Shown here: in pieces, positions 12,681 to 24,162 of the stretch
Layout: each line of letters opens with the position of its first letter
Position numbering within the stretch: position 1 is the stretch's first letter
NCBI RefSeq assembly: GCF_036321535.1
Contig: NC_087472.1
Span: forward strand, 95,420,001 to 95,484,000
Direction: 5' to 3'
Length of the DNA: 64,000 nt
DNA from: Camelus dromedarius
Lineage: Eukaryota
The notes under the pieces: generated by a model
What the model was told of the DNA's origin: nothing
Databases searched by the model: none
The model's input: the letters and a program-made list of their open reading frames with translations, nothing else
Translations under genes and position numbers: made by a program

Positions 12681-13130
12681 TGTGGGGTCTGGCATTTTCA
12701 AAGTTCATGCTACAATCAGGACTTCAGAACATAATGTTTTCTACCATAAATAATTTATAGATATGAACATCTAACACCCCCACACCCAGGTAATAATTAC
12801 TCCTGGGAAACATGAAGAAAAGTCAAAATGCCCCTGAAGATGCACTTACGATTTTCAAGAAGGAAGCAAGGATTAACTCCTAAAAAAACCCTACAAAATG
12901 AAAAGTTCCAGATCCATTAAGAAAGAGCTGAGAAGAATGAAATAAAATTCAAAGTTTACTGATAATGTGCTGGCCAGGCACAAATCTAGGTATTCGGGCT
13001 AGATTAGTGAACCAAACAGGTGAAGGTCCCTTCCCTTATTGAGCTCACATTCGAGGGTGGGGGGAGGGGAGACAACAAACAATAGACATAATAAGCAAAT
13101 TAAATAATAAAGAGTTAAAAAGGGTAAGTC

Positions 13131-13590
13131 TAAACAACAAGGTCCTTGTACATTCAATACCTTGTAATAGCCTATAATGAAAAAGAATATGAAAAGGAAT
13201 CTATACATGTATAAATGAATCACTATGCTGTACACCAGAAATTACCCCATTGTCAACTGACTATATTTCTGTCGGCAGTCTTAAGTGAGTAGGCCGTGGG
13301 ACCCAGGTCAAAGTTCACAATAATCTGCACATGCGAGGTAAGAAGTATACGCATGCGCTAGTGCCATGAGTCAGCATTATAAACAATACGCATGCGCCAC
13401 TAGCATAATAAATGGACAAGTGCGTACACCTGAGCGCGCGCCACCTGCTTGTACTGCAATAAAGTGCTGTTTTGCTCCATGTGGGCTCCTCGCGCCTTCT
13501 TCCAGTTGGGCAGCTCACCTCCTCGGATCCCTCTCCAGCCTCCCACGGCTGACAATTTCAATTAAAAAATTAAAAATAAAAATAAAAATT
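13131..13590 (+). mobile_element. L1 3'-end fragment interrupted by a solo LTR, lying within an L2 relic
   Basis: taaacaacaagg...cctataatgaaaaagaatatg...gctgtacaccagaaatt...caactgactatatttc | LTR | aattaaaaa. A degenerate TSD aaagggtaagtctaa / aaagggataaatctaa flanks it. Confidence 0.8.
13270..13554 (+). mobile_element. Young 285-bp retroviral solo LTR
   Basis: TG...CA ends with near-inverted termini (tgtcggc / gctgaca) and a perfect 5-bp TSD ATTTC (13265-13269, 13555-13559). TATAAA at 13378 and AATAAA at 13458; many intact CpGs. Confidence 0.9.
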
Positions 13591-14035
13591 TTAAAGGGAT
13601 AAATCTAAGGCGAGTAGGGGCAAAGGGAACTGAAGTACAGGAAGCAGGGCAGTGGTGCAGTTTGCAACATGGAACAGGGCGGAAAGGGTGGGCGTAATTG
13701 AAAGGGTGAGATGGGGGGGTAGGAGGGTAAACCAGGGAGATATCAGGGAAAAGAAGGTTCTGGGAGAGAGACAGGTAGAGTAAGGACCCTCATGGGGAGG
13801 CGTGTTCCAGAGACAGCAAGGTGGTCAGTGTGGATGGAGCAGGGGGCTGGCAAAGGGGACACAATAAGAGAAAAGGTCAGTGGGGTAACAGGGGACAGAT
13901 CATATAGGATTTCTGGGCCATTATGAGGACTTTGCATTCTGTGTGAAATGCGAAGCCTTGGACAGATTTTTAGAGGAATGAAATTATCTGACTTCAACTG
14001 ATTAAATTTAACTCTAATAACTGGAAATTTGTACC

Positions 14036-14125
14036 TTTTTTCATTGTTAATGCAGGTTCTAGGAATTGAACCGAGGACGTTTTGCCTGTTAAGCATGTGC
14101 TCTACCACCGAGCCATACACTCCCT
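14036..14125 (-). mobile_element. tRNA-derived SINE (Vic-1-like)
   Basis: Reverse complement reads ggctcggtggtagagcacatgcttaac...gtcctcggttcaattcc. TSD tggaaa(t/c)ttgtac at ~14022 and ~14126. Confidence 0.85.
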
Positions 14126-16639
14126 TGGAAACTTGTACTTCTCGACCCCCTTATATGTGATATGTCAATTACCCATCAACATTTGTTTTTAAATTAAACT
14201 AATTAAAAATAAATTCAATGAATTAAATAATTTAAAAAATAAACTCCAGTTTCAGGGTTAAAAATAACACAGGGGCAAGAATAGAAGCAGAGTGATAGAA
14301 GTTAGACTCACATCTTACTTTGCAGGGTTAGGTTTGAAAGTTAAAAAGTGTCAGATCTTTTCACTGTTTCATCAAGAAAGCAGAAATGTACTAGGTGACT
14401 TGTGTTTAGGAATCAAGCCATATAAAAAATTTAAAGAACTGTTTTACAAGAGACTCAACTGTCTTGTTACAACCCCAAAGACCCAACAGAAGAAGCTACA
14501 GGAAGAAAGAGTTCAGTTCAATATATGGCAGGACTTCTGTAAAGTAAAACTGCCCTGGCGCTAAGCATCTTGTACAAGTGTGGATTTAATCTCTGTGACA
14601 GAGGCTGCTTTTTAAAGGGAATTCAGACATGGGTTATACAAGATGCCCTTTCAGAGTCCTTCCAACCTTGCAACTGCATCATCCTAATCCACACCTAACT
14701 AACTTCATTTCCAGAGTTCTAATTAGAGCAGGGCCACAGGAGGTTTGTCACAGAACACTGTGCAACAGTTTCAGGTCATTATTTGAAAGCCAACTCCTCC
14801 TTAGAAAATGTACCTTCACTTCTAGTCCCATGGTAACAAGCTTCTCCCAGGACAATTAAAGATAAAGAGACAGATATCCAAGATCAAGGACAGAGAGCCC
14901 ATAATCCCATAGGCCCCTTTGTGTGAGGGGACATCATCTCTCTGCCTCTCCCCTTTGTAGTTTTCTTCTAACTCTACCTGTAGGTTTTCTTGACAAGTAT
15001 CATAATATCTTCATGGCTCAGATGGAAGAATTCAGGCTTACTGGTATATTAGGTGGGTTCAAAGTTGAATTAATGGGTAGTTGATTAGTGGAGCCTGTCA
15101 ACATGAAGTCCCAATGATGTGCCTATGGTTCCTGGATCTGATCAGATCTTTAACAATGGCAGAAATATATATCTAGTACATTTCAACCTTCACTAGCTGC
15201 CAGGAACCAGTGTTCTTCCTAGAAATATGAGCTCAAATATGAGCCCTAACCAACTTATTCAAACTGTCCTCTGAACAAGTGCAAACATATTCTGTTTTCC
15301 CCCATAAGATAACAGTCACTCATCCAAGAGAGGGGCTTTGGGAACCAATGTAAAAGCTGTTTATCAGTTTCAGAGTCCATGATTCTCAGGGGATATCCGT
15401 TTCTCCCTGAGTTCTGTCGCTATCCTATTCAGGTAGTAGTTCTTATAATTCTACATCCACAAACTAAATGATATAGTTAACCCTTTATAGAAGAGTAAGT
15501 AAAATCCAGAACAGTATTAAGCTAGCAGTAACTACTAAAATCCAAATATCTCAATGTAAATGGGAAGCCCTTGTTTCTCCATAGCTCATTCACTGATCCC
15601 TGTGCCTTCACCCAGCGTTGCCAGGGGAGCGAGGGAGTGTTTTACTAAGTAGGATGCTTCAACTCAACCAAGAATGTCTAAGAATTCAGTAGTATCTTTG
15701 CTCCTTTCTCTAGAGGTGCAACCCCATTTATGTCTGGGACTCTGTTTCAGCTTCCTTTTACACTGTCAGCTTCTCTCTCCTGCCAAATCAAGAACAGAAC
15801 CATGCAGCTAAGCTCCTTCCAGATTCCTAATCCACAGAAACTGAGATAACAAATGTGGGGGTTTTTTTGTTTTGTTTTAAGCTACTAAATATCGGGGTAA
15901 TTTATTATATAGCAAAATGTAACTAACACATTAGGACTTCAGATGGCCCAATCTGGTCTGAGGGGAAGTAATCACTTAAGAGAGTAATAAAGCATTTAGT
16001 TAACTATGAAGTATGAGGGCTGAAGCCATATCTCAGGGTATCTTGAATGCCAGGCTAGGGGGGTCTAGACTATCTGGAGAGGCAATGAGGATCCTATGAG
16101 TATTTCGGGAAAAGGGAGTTATCAAAAGAGTGTGTTAGATTAGTTTAGCTGACCTGCATGGACTAGATTAGAAAAAGAAAACAGGAAGGTAGGAAAGATG
16201 AATCATTCACATAAATATTCCATCCCAGTCACATATCCTGTCTAATCATATCAAATTCATTCTGCCCTATATATGTTTTTTATACACTGAGTTACCTTGT
16301 GATGGATGGCAGGATTCATGGCCAATTCATTTTTGAATCCTCTGAACCATTTAGCACTGCCCTGAACATAGTAAGTACTTATTAGTATTTGAATCACGAA
16401 TGAAACCTTCCTCAATTCGCTCCTCTTCCCTGAAGACAGAATAACATTCTTTCCTTAATATTTTGTTCATATCGCTAATAGACCACTTCTTTAATATTAG
16501 CATTCTATTACTCATTATACTTTATTCCTTTGTCTCCCCGCTACAGTAGGAACCCTCTTCAAGGTATTCAGGACCAGCTATATAATTTGCCAGGCCAAAG
16601 CAAAATGAAAATGCAGGGACCCTTGTTTCAAAAGTAATG

Positions 16640-16782
16640 GGGGTGGGGAGGGTCTAGCTCAGTGGTAGAGTGTGTGCTTAGCATGCACGAGGTCCTAGGT
16701 TCAATCTGCAATACTTCTATTTGAAAAAAAAAAAAAAGTTTATACGAACTAAAACAAACCTAACTACCCAGCCCCCCAAAAA
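16640..16782 (+). mobile_element. tRNA-derived SINE (Vic-1-like) with extended tail
   Basis: ggggagggtctagctcagtggtagagtgtgtgcttagcatgcacgaggtcctaggttcaatc, poly-A, then aaacctaactacc. Confidence 0.9.
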
Positions 16783-16830
16783 TAGTATTAGAAATTTTAA
16801 GACAGTGAATGCGAGTGAGGAGATACTTCT

Positions 16831-17197
16831 TTTTTTTTTTTAACTGAAGTATAGTCAGTTACAATGTGTCAATTTCTGTTGTACAGCATAATGGTTCAGT
16901 TATACATATACACACATAAATTCCTTTTCATATTCTTTCTCATTTTAGGGTACTACAAGATATTGAATATAGTTCCCTGTGCTATAAGGAGAAATCTGTT
17001 GTTTATCTATTTTATATATAGTAGTTAGTATCTGCAAATCTTAAACTCCCAATTTATCCTTTCCCACCCTCTTCCCCACCCCCATAACCATAAGTTTGTT
17101 TACTATGTCTGTGAGTCTGTTTCTGTTTTGTACATAAGTCCATTAGTGTCTTCTTTTTTCTTTCTTTCTTTTTTTTTTTTTTTAAGATTCCACATAT
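16831..17197 (-). mobile_element. 5'-truncated young L1 (3' UTR and poly-A)
   Basis: Poly-T, then actgaagtatagtcagtttacaatgtgtc... TSD gaggagatacttct (16817-16830) / gagaaggtacttct (17198-17211). Confidence 0.9.
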
Positions 17198-18433
17198 GAG
17201 AAGGTACTTCTGAGTTGTAGGCCCTGTGTGCCCAGGTCACAACCCAAAAAAGTCTTAACGGCAGTAATTCTGCCTTATGCACTGTTTTAACTATGGCTCC
17301 CACCATGGGAATGTTTGATGAATGTTAAACATACTGAGTAAACAATGAATGTCAGGAGGGTTTATAAAAAGGGGTTTACTCACGGGAAGTTGAACATGAG
17401 TGGAGTCCACCCAGCAGTTAAGATGGCCTGTTTAAGACACATCAGAGTGCCACCTGCTGTCACCCTCCCTCTCCTGCCTGGGCTGCTACCTCACACGTCT
17501 ACACCACAGGATTTGCTCACACATTTCCTCTCATGGCCCAAAAGCCTGGTGTGTCCTATGTGGATTTCCACCCTAGGGGCCTCTGGCTTTGGTTGGGTTA
17601 TTTATTAGATGTCCCTTATGTAACGACAGTGGCAGCGATTTAATATATAAGAAGCAAACAGCTGAAGAGATTTTCTAGGCAGAAACAACGTATTGACTAA
17701 TACAGTAAGACGGTAAGGGGTGGTCCTCATAAAATAAAGAAAACAAAGCTGAGTGATTTAAAACATGCTGCAGACAAATCCTAGTTAAATTTTTGAAAAA
17801 TAAGGGCAGAAAAGTGCATATTGATCACCTTCTCTGAGGGATGGCACAGACCTCAGAGACGAGCTATAACCATGAAGAATCGTCTTCTCTATTAGACAGA
17901 CAAGACAATTTATTGAATCCCTTCTTAGCCCAGGCGAGTATCCTACCCACAAAACACAAATATTTATCTTTGTATCTGAACAATGCCTCCCTGAGATACT
18001 GAGGAAAAGAAGCTGCTGGAAAGATATTAATCCTTCCCTCATCTTCCCCCTCGTTTTAGGCAAGTCGCAGTCACAGCTTCAGAGCTGCTGGCAAAGCTTA
18101 GCTATTGTAATGGTGACCCCCAGTGGCAACTGTTTGCAAATGAAAAACTGGCACCATTTCTCCACCAAGGAAGTCAATTTTATTAAAATGCTTTCTTTAA
18201 GAAGGATATTGGCAATTTTGTTGAACTGTAATAAAAACTGTGTGTTGGTTCCAAAAAATCAATATCATCTCCTCTACTTTATTGTCACTAGTTAAACGCA
18301 TGAGTTTTCCTTTCAAGAGAGACTCTTTTTCAAGGAAGAAGCACAGTCTCTGCAAAGCCTGCTCAGCAATGGTCTTAATGACACTTTTCTCGGAGAGGTA
18401 AAAATGAGGCCTAGCTCAAACATGGCTTCACCT

Positions 18434-18918
18434 CGAAGGAGTTCACGAGGAGCCTCCCCCAAATGTGCCACTTTGGCATGTGGATTATTTTCAGCTGAAG
18501 ACAATTAAGCCCCCAAAGACTCAGGATGGGCTTTTTAGCACTCCCCACAAACTGCCTAAAAGAATGAATATAGAGGACCTGGCTCAGAGAAAGAGCTACT
18601 GTCAGAGAGAAATTTTTATCTGAACAACCCAAGTGTACAGCGAGGCAAACATCTAACTACCAAACACCCACTCTTCTCATCATCCTGTGAATTACCTCTT
18701 CCCCTCCGAAGCCCCAGGGCCCTATCCCAGTCCTTAGCTCAGGATGGTATGTAAGCCTCAACTGCCTCACTTACTCTTGGGTCTCATCTCTTTGGGGCTC
18801 CCAAAGATGTACGTAATTAAATTTGTTCTATTCTTGTTAATCTGTCTTATGCTAATTTAATTACTAGACCAGCCAAAGAACCAAGAAGGAGAGAGGAAAA
18901 AGCTTTTCCTCCCCTACA
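18434..18918 (+). mobile_element. MER34-like ERV1 solo LTR
   Basis: Starts (c)gaaggagttca...ccaaatgtgccactttggcatgtggattattttcagctgaag and ends ttttcctcccctaca. 4-bp TSD ACCT at 18430-18433 and 18919-18922. Confidence 0.8.
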
Positions 18919-19407
18919 ACCTATACCACTGTGTGGCCAGTGGGTTCTGAGATTCAGCCTTAGTGGGAATTGAATCAGCAGCTATTTAAGTCTAACTGAA
19001 ATCTAGAAAGATAATAAGTGAATTGAAATATGAAAAGATATATATGGGTGTTAAATGGTCAATTAAACAAGTCAAAAAGATTGGGCTTGCCCTTTAGAAA
19101 CTTGCGTTCAACACAACGACAGAAATCAGACCAAAGGAAGCCAAAATTCTGTAACAGAGGTATGAAGAATAAGTAACTCAAAATAATAGGGTTCCATCCC
19201 ACATTCAGTTTTCACAGTTCAGTCCTTTAATTCTGAAATAACACATATTGTGGTTGGGGAGAGGAAGCAAGAATATACCATCAACTTATTAAGTCATTGA
19301 GGGCTCTGGTAGATGAAATGCATGTGCAGTTACCCTTAAAAACTTTCATATGACTTAAACTACTGAAACTGACTAAATAGGCCACGTGTTTGGTAGGCAA
19401 GGCTAAA

Positions 19408-20291
19408 TTGTGGTTCTCAACCTTCGCTGTGTACCAGAATCCCCTGGAAAGCCTTCAAGAGTTCTGAAATCCAAGCTATTTGGCAGACTAATTACATCAT
19501 AATTGCTAGGGCTAGGGCATGGGCATCAGTAGTTTTAAAAGCTCCCTGATCCCAGGCAGTTCCCACATGCAGCCCAGGTTGGCTGGCTGCCAGTGGAACT
19601 GCTGGGTTTTCAGCCTCAGTTTGACCAGAGATTAGGCATATCATTTACCTATCAGGTCGTTTACTGATCTTGAATATATTTACAAGACTTTTCTGCTAAG
19701 AGTCTATTACCATATGACCTGGGGAGTCTCTCTAAAAATCCCAATGTCCAGGCTGCACCCTAGACCAATTTGATTAGAATTTCTAGGGATGTGACTCTAC
19801 CAGGGCATTGATATTTTTTTAAAGTTTCCTAGCTGCAGTCAGGGGCAGACAAATGCAGTCAAGGTTGAGAAACACTGCACATTCAAATATTGAAAAAGAG
19901 CAATAAAAAGCCCTAACTTGGCAAAATTAAATCATCTTAAAGTAGAGCACTTGTCTATTGACTGTTCTTTGAGGCTACAAAGAGATATCCCCAAGAACTT
20001 GGAAATACAGAAATAGACTGCCTTCTGAAAATAAACACAGAAATGTGCTAGAAAGAGATTTAACTTAGTCAACCCTGGGGGGGAAAAACAAAAAGGTTAA
20101 ATAAGCAGCCCTCTCCAATGCTCTAGCCCAGGGTTTCCAACCCTGGCTACATATTAGAATCACCTGGGGAGTTTCTGAAACTTGCCAAAGCCTGAGCCCC
20201 AATCCCTGGGCTTTTGATTTAATTGATTAAATTGATATATTTAAGAGTTCTCCAGGTGATCCTAACGTGTAGCCAGCATCGAGAATCACTG
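19408..20291. mobile_element. Cluster of three MER5A/B-like elements (~19408-19580, ~19690-19878, ~20146-20291)
   Basis: Repeated motifs tggttctcaacc, agaatcacctgggga, caggtgatcctaa and gagaatcactg. Confidence 0.6.
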
Positions 20292-20482
20292 CCCCAGACA
20301 ATCCGGGCGTACGTCAGTTGCCTAAACTGCAACACAGACTATAATACCGCTACCCAGAGATACAAAGAGCAAGTGGCTATTGATGGAACATTACAATGAA
20401 GGATAAATAAAGATGATGGACAGATATGAAATATCAACAATAGCTACACAGCCCTGTCAAAGCAAATGTTTGCCATTAGACT

Positions 20483-20591
20483 TCAAATATCCTGATCCCA
20501 GGAGTAAAGCAATTCCGCAAGGTTGAAGATTTGTTCATCTAGTTTAGTTGAGGGACTTTCTGTGACCTCATCTTTAGCTTTGTTTCTTACG
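20483..20591 (-). CDS. Candidate terminal coding exon (VRNKAKDEVTESPSTKLDEQIFNLAELLYSWDQDI*)
   Basis: Acceptor atttttctttgcag and an open frame to TGA; phase-compatible with 21406-21510. The protein is not recognised and I saw no nearby AATAAA. Confidence 0.35.
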
Positions 20592-21405
20592 CTGCAAAGA
20601 AAAATTTGGCTTCCATACTTATGACCACCGGTGAGGATGCAGACACTGCGTATTCCAGTGCTCCGACTGTTATTTCTCATGGGACCTTAATCAATTGGCA
20701 TTCGGATGTCTGTCTCCATTTTTTTGTGTGTGCATTTACCCCCAAAATATTCCTAAGCAAAGTCATGGCTAGCCCCCGTCAACCTTCCCTCCTGAACATT
20801 TTGCCACTTCCACCTACAAATTTCAACATTTATAACTTCAAGCTTTTAAATAATGAATCATGTACTACTCGTTATTTTTTAAAAATATAAATATTAAATA
20901 TTTTTACTAAATAAATTCTTATTTCACTTTTATTCACACAAACACAAATGAATAAATATTATGAATTAAGCTGCAGGCAACTGATAATCCCTGCCCTTAA
21001 TTTTTCTCCAATATCTTTTCCATGTTTTTATGAACTTTTACAAATTCAAAACTTCTTGTTTGTTGAGGAAGTTTATTTCCTTTCTTCTGGTAGTCTGATT
21101 CTTCAACCAAGGTGGGGAGAGATTTTACATACTTACTAGATTTTTCAGTTTTCAAAATTAAAACTTCCCGCCTGCAGATCTGATTATGGTACCTATGTAT
21201 AGTTTTCCTCTCAAAAGTACAAACAGGTGGTTTTGAGGGCTCTCAGCAGAGTGCTCAGTCTGACACTCAGTATTGTCCAGTTGAAACAATGAATATAAAT
21301 GCAGAATATTTCTTTATGCTCTATAAAATAATACCTATACTACTGATCAACGTCCCTATTATAATGTTTCCAATCACTTCCTTTTTTGAAATTCAGGTGC
21401 AGTAC

Positions 21406-21510
21406 CTTTTTTCTGTCTTGTTGAACATAAATTTCCTTTTAACAGTCATTGAAAACAGGGTCCCTGTTTCTACTGTCTTGTCTTCAATGCTGAGAAGGTC
21501 AGAACCAACT
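21406..21510 (-). CDS. Candidate internal exon (VGSDLLSIEDKTVETGTLFSMTVKRKFMFNKTEK)
   Basis: Acceptor ttgttcctag and a weak donor AAG|gtactg; 105 nt, open, phase 2-2. Confidence 0.3.
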
Positions 21511-21623
21511 CTAGGAACAACTTTAAATGTCTCCGTGGGTTGAGGGGTTAATGGGATATAAGGCAGTGCAGCAATTAGATACAAGTAACGTCAACATGAA
21601 GTTCGGCTAAGAAAGGAAGGAAA

Positions 21624-21847
21624 TGTTAGGTAGTTTAGATAGAAATGAGCAATGGGCAGGGGGAGGGGAAGGAGAAAGGAACAATCCAGAAATTTTTACT
21701 TTCTCTAAATGAGGGCCAGTAAAAGAAGCCAGTTAAAATCAAAGCACTGCAGCTGCACATGGGAGGGAGCCCTGGTATAACTTGACCCAATGAACCTGCC
21801 CAAAAGATGGGCGTGCCAGAGCACAGGGAACCTGAGTTGTCAATCAG

Positions 21848-21886
<39 letters not shown>

Positions 21887-22112
21887 CAAAACCAGGATAT
21901 AAAAACAGGCAAAACAAAGGAACAGGGCCATGTTTCCTCTCTTGGATTGGCCCGCTCCTAGTTCTCTAAGTGTGCTATCTTTCACTATTTTTTTAACTTC
22001 ACTAATAAAAATCTTGCTTATATCATGTTTTTCGTCTCTCGTCAAAAATTCTTTTTTTTGGGGGGGGTGACAAAGAACTGAGGTAATTCTTATTTTCCTT
22101 TTCCCGGTAACA
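21624..22112 (+). mobile_element. ERV1-type solo LTR
   Basis: Starts tgttaggtag and ends ccggtaaca, with a 4-bp TSD GAAA (21620-21623, 22113-22116). TATAAAA at ~21898 and AATAAA at ~22004. Confidence 0.8.
21840..21886. repeat. (TCAA)n tetranucleotide microsatellite inside the LTR
   Basis: Directly visible; about 11 units with one variant. Confidence 0.95.
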
Positions 22113-24092
22113 GAAAGAGTACAGTGACTAAAAAAGGGAACAAACTGTCAAGAAAGGGTTTGGGGGTTTTGTTGAGTTGATCAGATGGGGCACAGGAGAG
22201 CAGACAAATATTAGAAAATGTAATTCCTAAGAAGTCAGGAATCACTGGCATCTGGAGTATGGGTGAAAAGCTTAGTTTTAGCTACAAGAAGGTATACCTT
22301 CTATTCAGACAGGCCAAAAGTTCTCATACAGGTGTGGTTGCAGAAGCTGAAGAAGTTGGTTTCTATTTTCTCTTGTGAGAGGCGCAGTAGTAGGCAGAGT
22401 TGGATACAAAGTGAACGAAGAGATGGTGGAGTAATAAGTTTGAGCAGAGTGGAGATGTACACAGATGCTGAAGTGAACAGCAAGAATCAATGTGGACAGC
22501 CAGCTAACGATGGAAATCGTGAATCTGTAGTGGGACCCAGCTAAGGGAATGAGAGTATCTCTAGGGCTACAGAGACCCAGATTTAAAGCTCCGATGACAT
22601 GCAGAAAGGGTTGTCAAGCTTTCACTTATTTACTTTGGTTTTTCTTGGTGGATACAATGGAACAATGGTGTAAGATGACCAAGGATATTGGCAAAAGAGT
22701 GGAGGAAGTGACAGTCTATGGATAAGGAGCTCTCTGTCTTTTGATTGGACTATATAGTCCATTGACATTTAAGGAAATTACTGATAGATATGTGGTCAAT
22801 CATAAGAGCATTGAGAATAAACTAGAGCCGTCATGGAACCCAAGGTCTCCATGAGATCAAAGAAAAAGGGAGGTGGGAAAATGAAAGCAGAGAACTACAA
22901 GAGCTATATAGGGCATTAGTGAAAAGTTCAGATGTACAAATTTTTAAGATTTCATAGGAGAAGCTATTCTAAGTGGTGATAGGTTATTTTCATGAGAGTA
23001 AGTGGCTAAATGGGATGTAAATGAAATTCACTGAGGTCAAGACAGGAAGAGATCTATTTGTTGTGTAGGTCTTCCTTTTTCACACAATGACAGCAGGGTA
23101 GAAACTAATGCTGTGAGCCAGCTATCAAATATTCAGTGGACAATGGCATGGACAGTGAATCCAAGGAGAGCAACAAGAAAACTCCGGGCCAGGCAGCTAG
23201 ACAACCTAAGCTTCAGAGGAACGGGGACAAAAGAATGCAAACGTCCAGCAATGGAGATCAGAATCTTCACTTAGGAAGCCAATCCCAACACCCAACCCTG
23301 AATGAGTAGGTAGGTAGAGAAGGTGCAGCCCCTGGGGAGAGCTGCAGGAAGAGCAATAGCTTTGGAGGGCCAGCTACAAGGGTCGAGCAAGTGCCATCTG
23401 TTGCCTGCTATGGGGAATCTAAGTCCCAATACTTCTGCCCACTGCATCTTGATATCAGAATTGTTAAGGAAAACAATATAGTCCAGCACTGGACACAACG
23501 CCTTAGTCACATAGAGAAGAGACAGCAAGAGCAGCTTTCGGAGTGAATGTCAGTCTCCCAGTGACAGCCACGAAAGGCCAGCAGACCCCTCCTGACTGGC
23601 AAGCACCTTTCTTGTGCAGAAGAACCAAGATATAGGAGTTGGGTCAGCCAGGCACCACATGACATGCCCACTAAAGCAGAACAAAGGAGCACATGCTGAG
23701 TCTGAAACAGAGAGCGATCTTCCCATACAAGGTAATAAGCTCATCACCAACTGTGAGGACTCTCTATCTTTCGGTAAGGAAGTGTTCCAGCCCCAAGGGC
23801 TGTTCTCAGGCAGCCAAGTGGGGGTCAAAAGACTACATGTAGGAGACTGCCTTTCCCAACACGTGCAATTATTCTGTGAGGAGACTGAGGACACCATGAA
23901 ATGGTGTTCGGAAGGCCACGTGGAAAGGTTTAGATTGAACAGGAGTGATGAGAGCCAAGGAAGAAGACAGCCATGCAGAAATCAAAACAGAGGAAAGGAT
24001 GGAGCAGGACAAAAGGGAATCTTTCCAGAGCGTCGTCAAGTTCTCCAATCATTCCCAGCATCCTTCTGATAAAAAACTGATTCCAACTCTTC

Positions 24093-24162
24093 TGGTTTCA
24101 ATCTCCAGTGCCTCCATTAAACAAACAAACAAGCCTAATTACCTCCTCCTCCCAAAAAAAAC
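24093..24162 (+). mobile_element. 5'-truncated tRNA-derived SINE
   Basis: ctggtttcaatctccagtgcctccattaaa...aagcctaattacctcc followed by poly-A. Confidence 0.7.

Larger units (their letters stand above)
16570..17250. mobile_element. MER45A-like hAT element split by a SINE and an L1 insertion
   Basis: caggaccagctatataatttgc...aaaatgaaaatgcagggacccttg resumes after the inserts with ggccctgtgtgcccaggtcaca. Confidence 0.65.
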
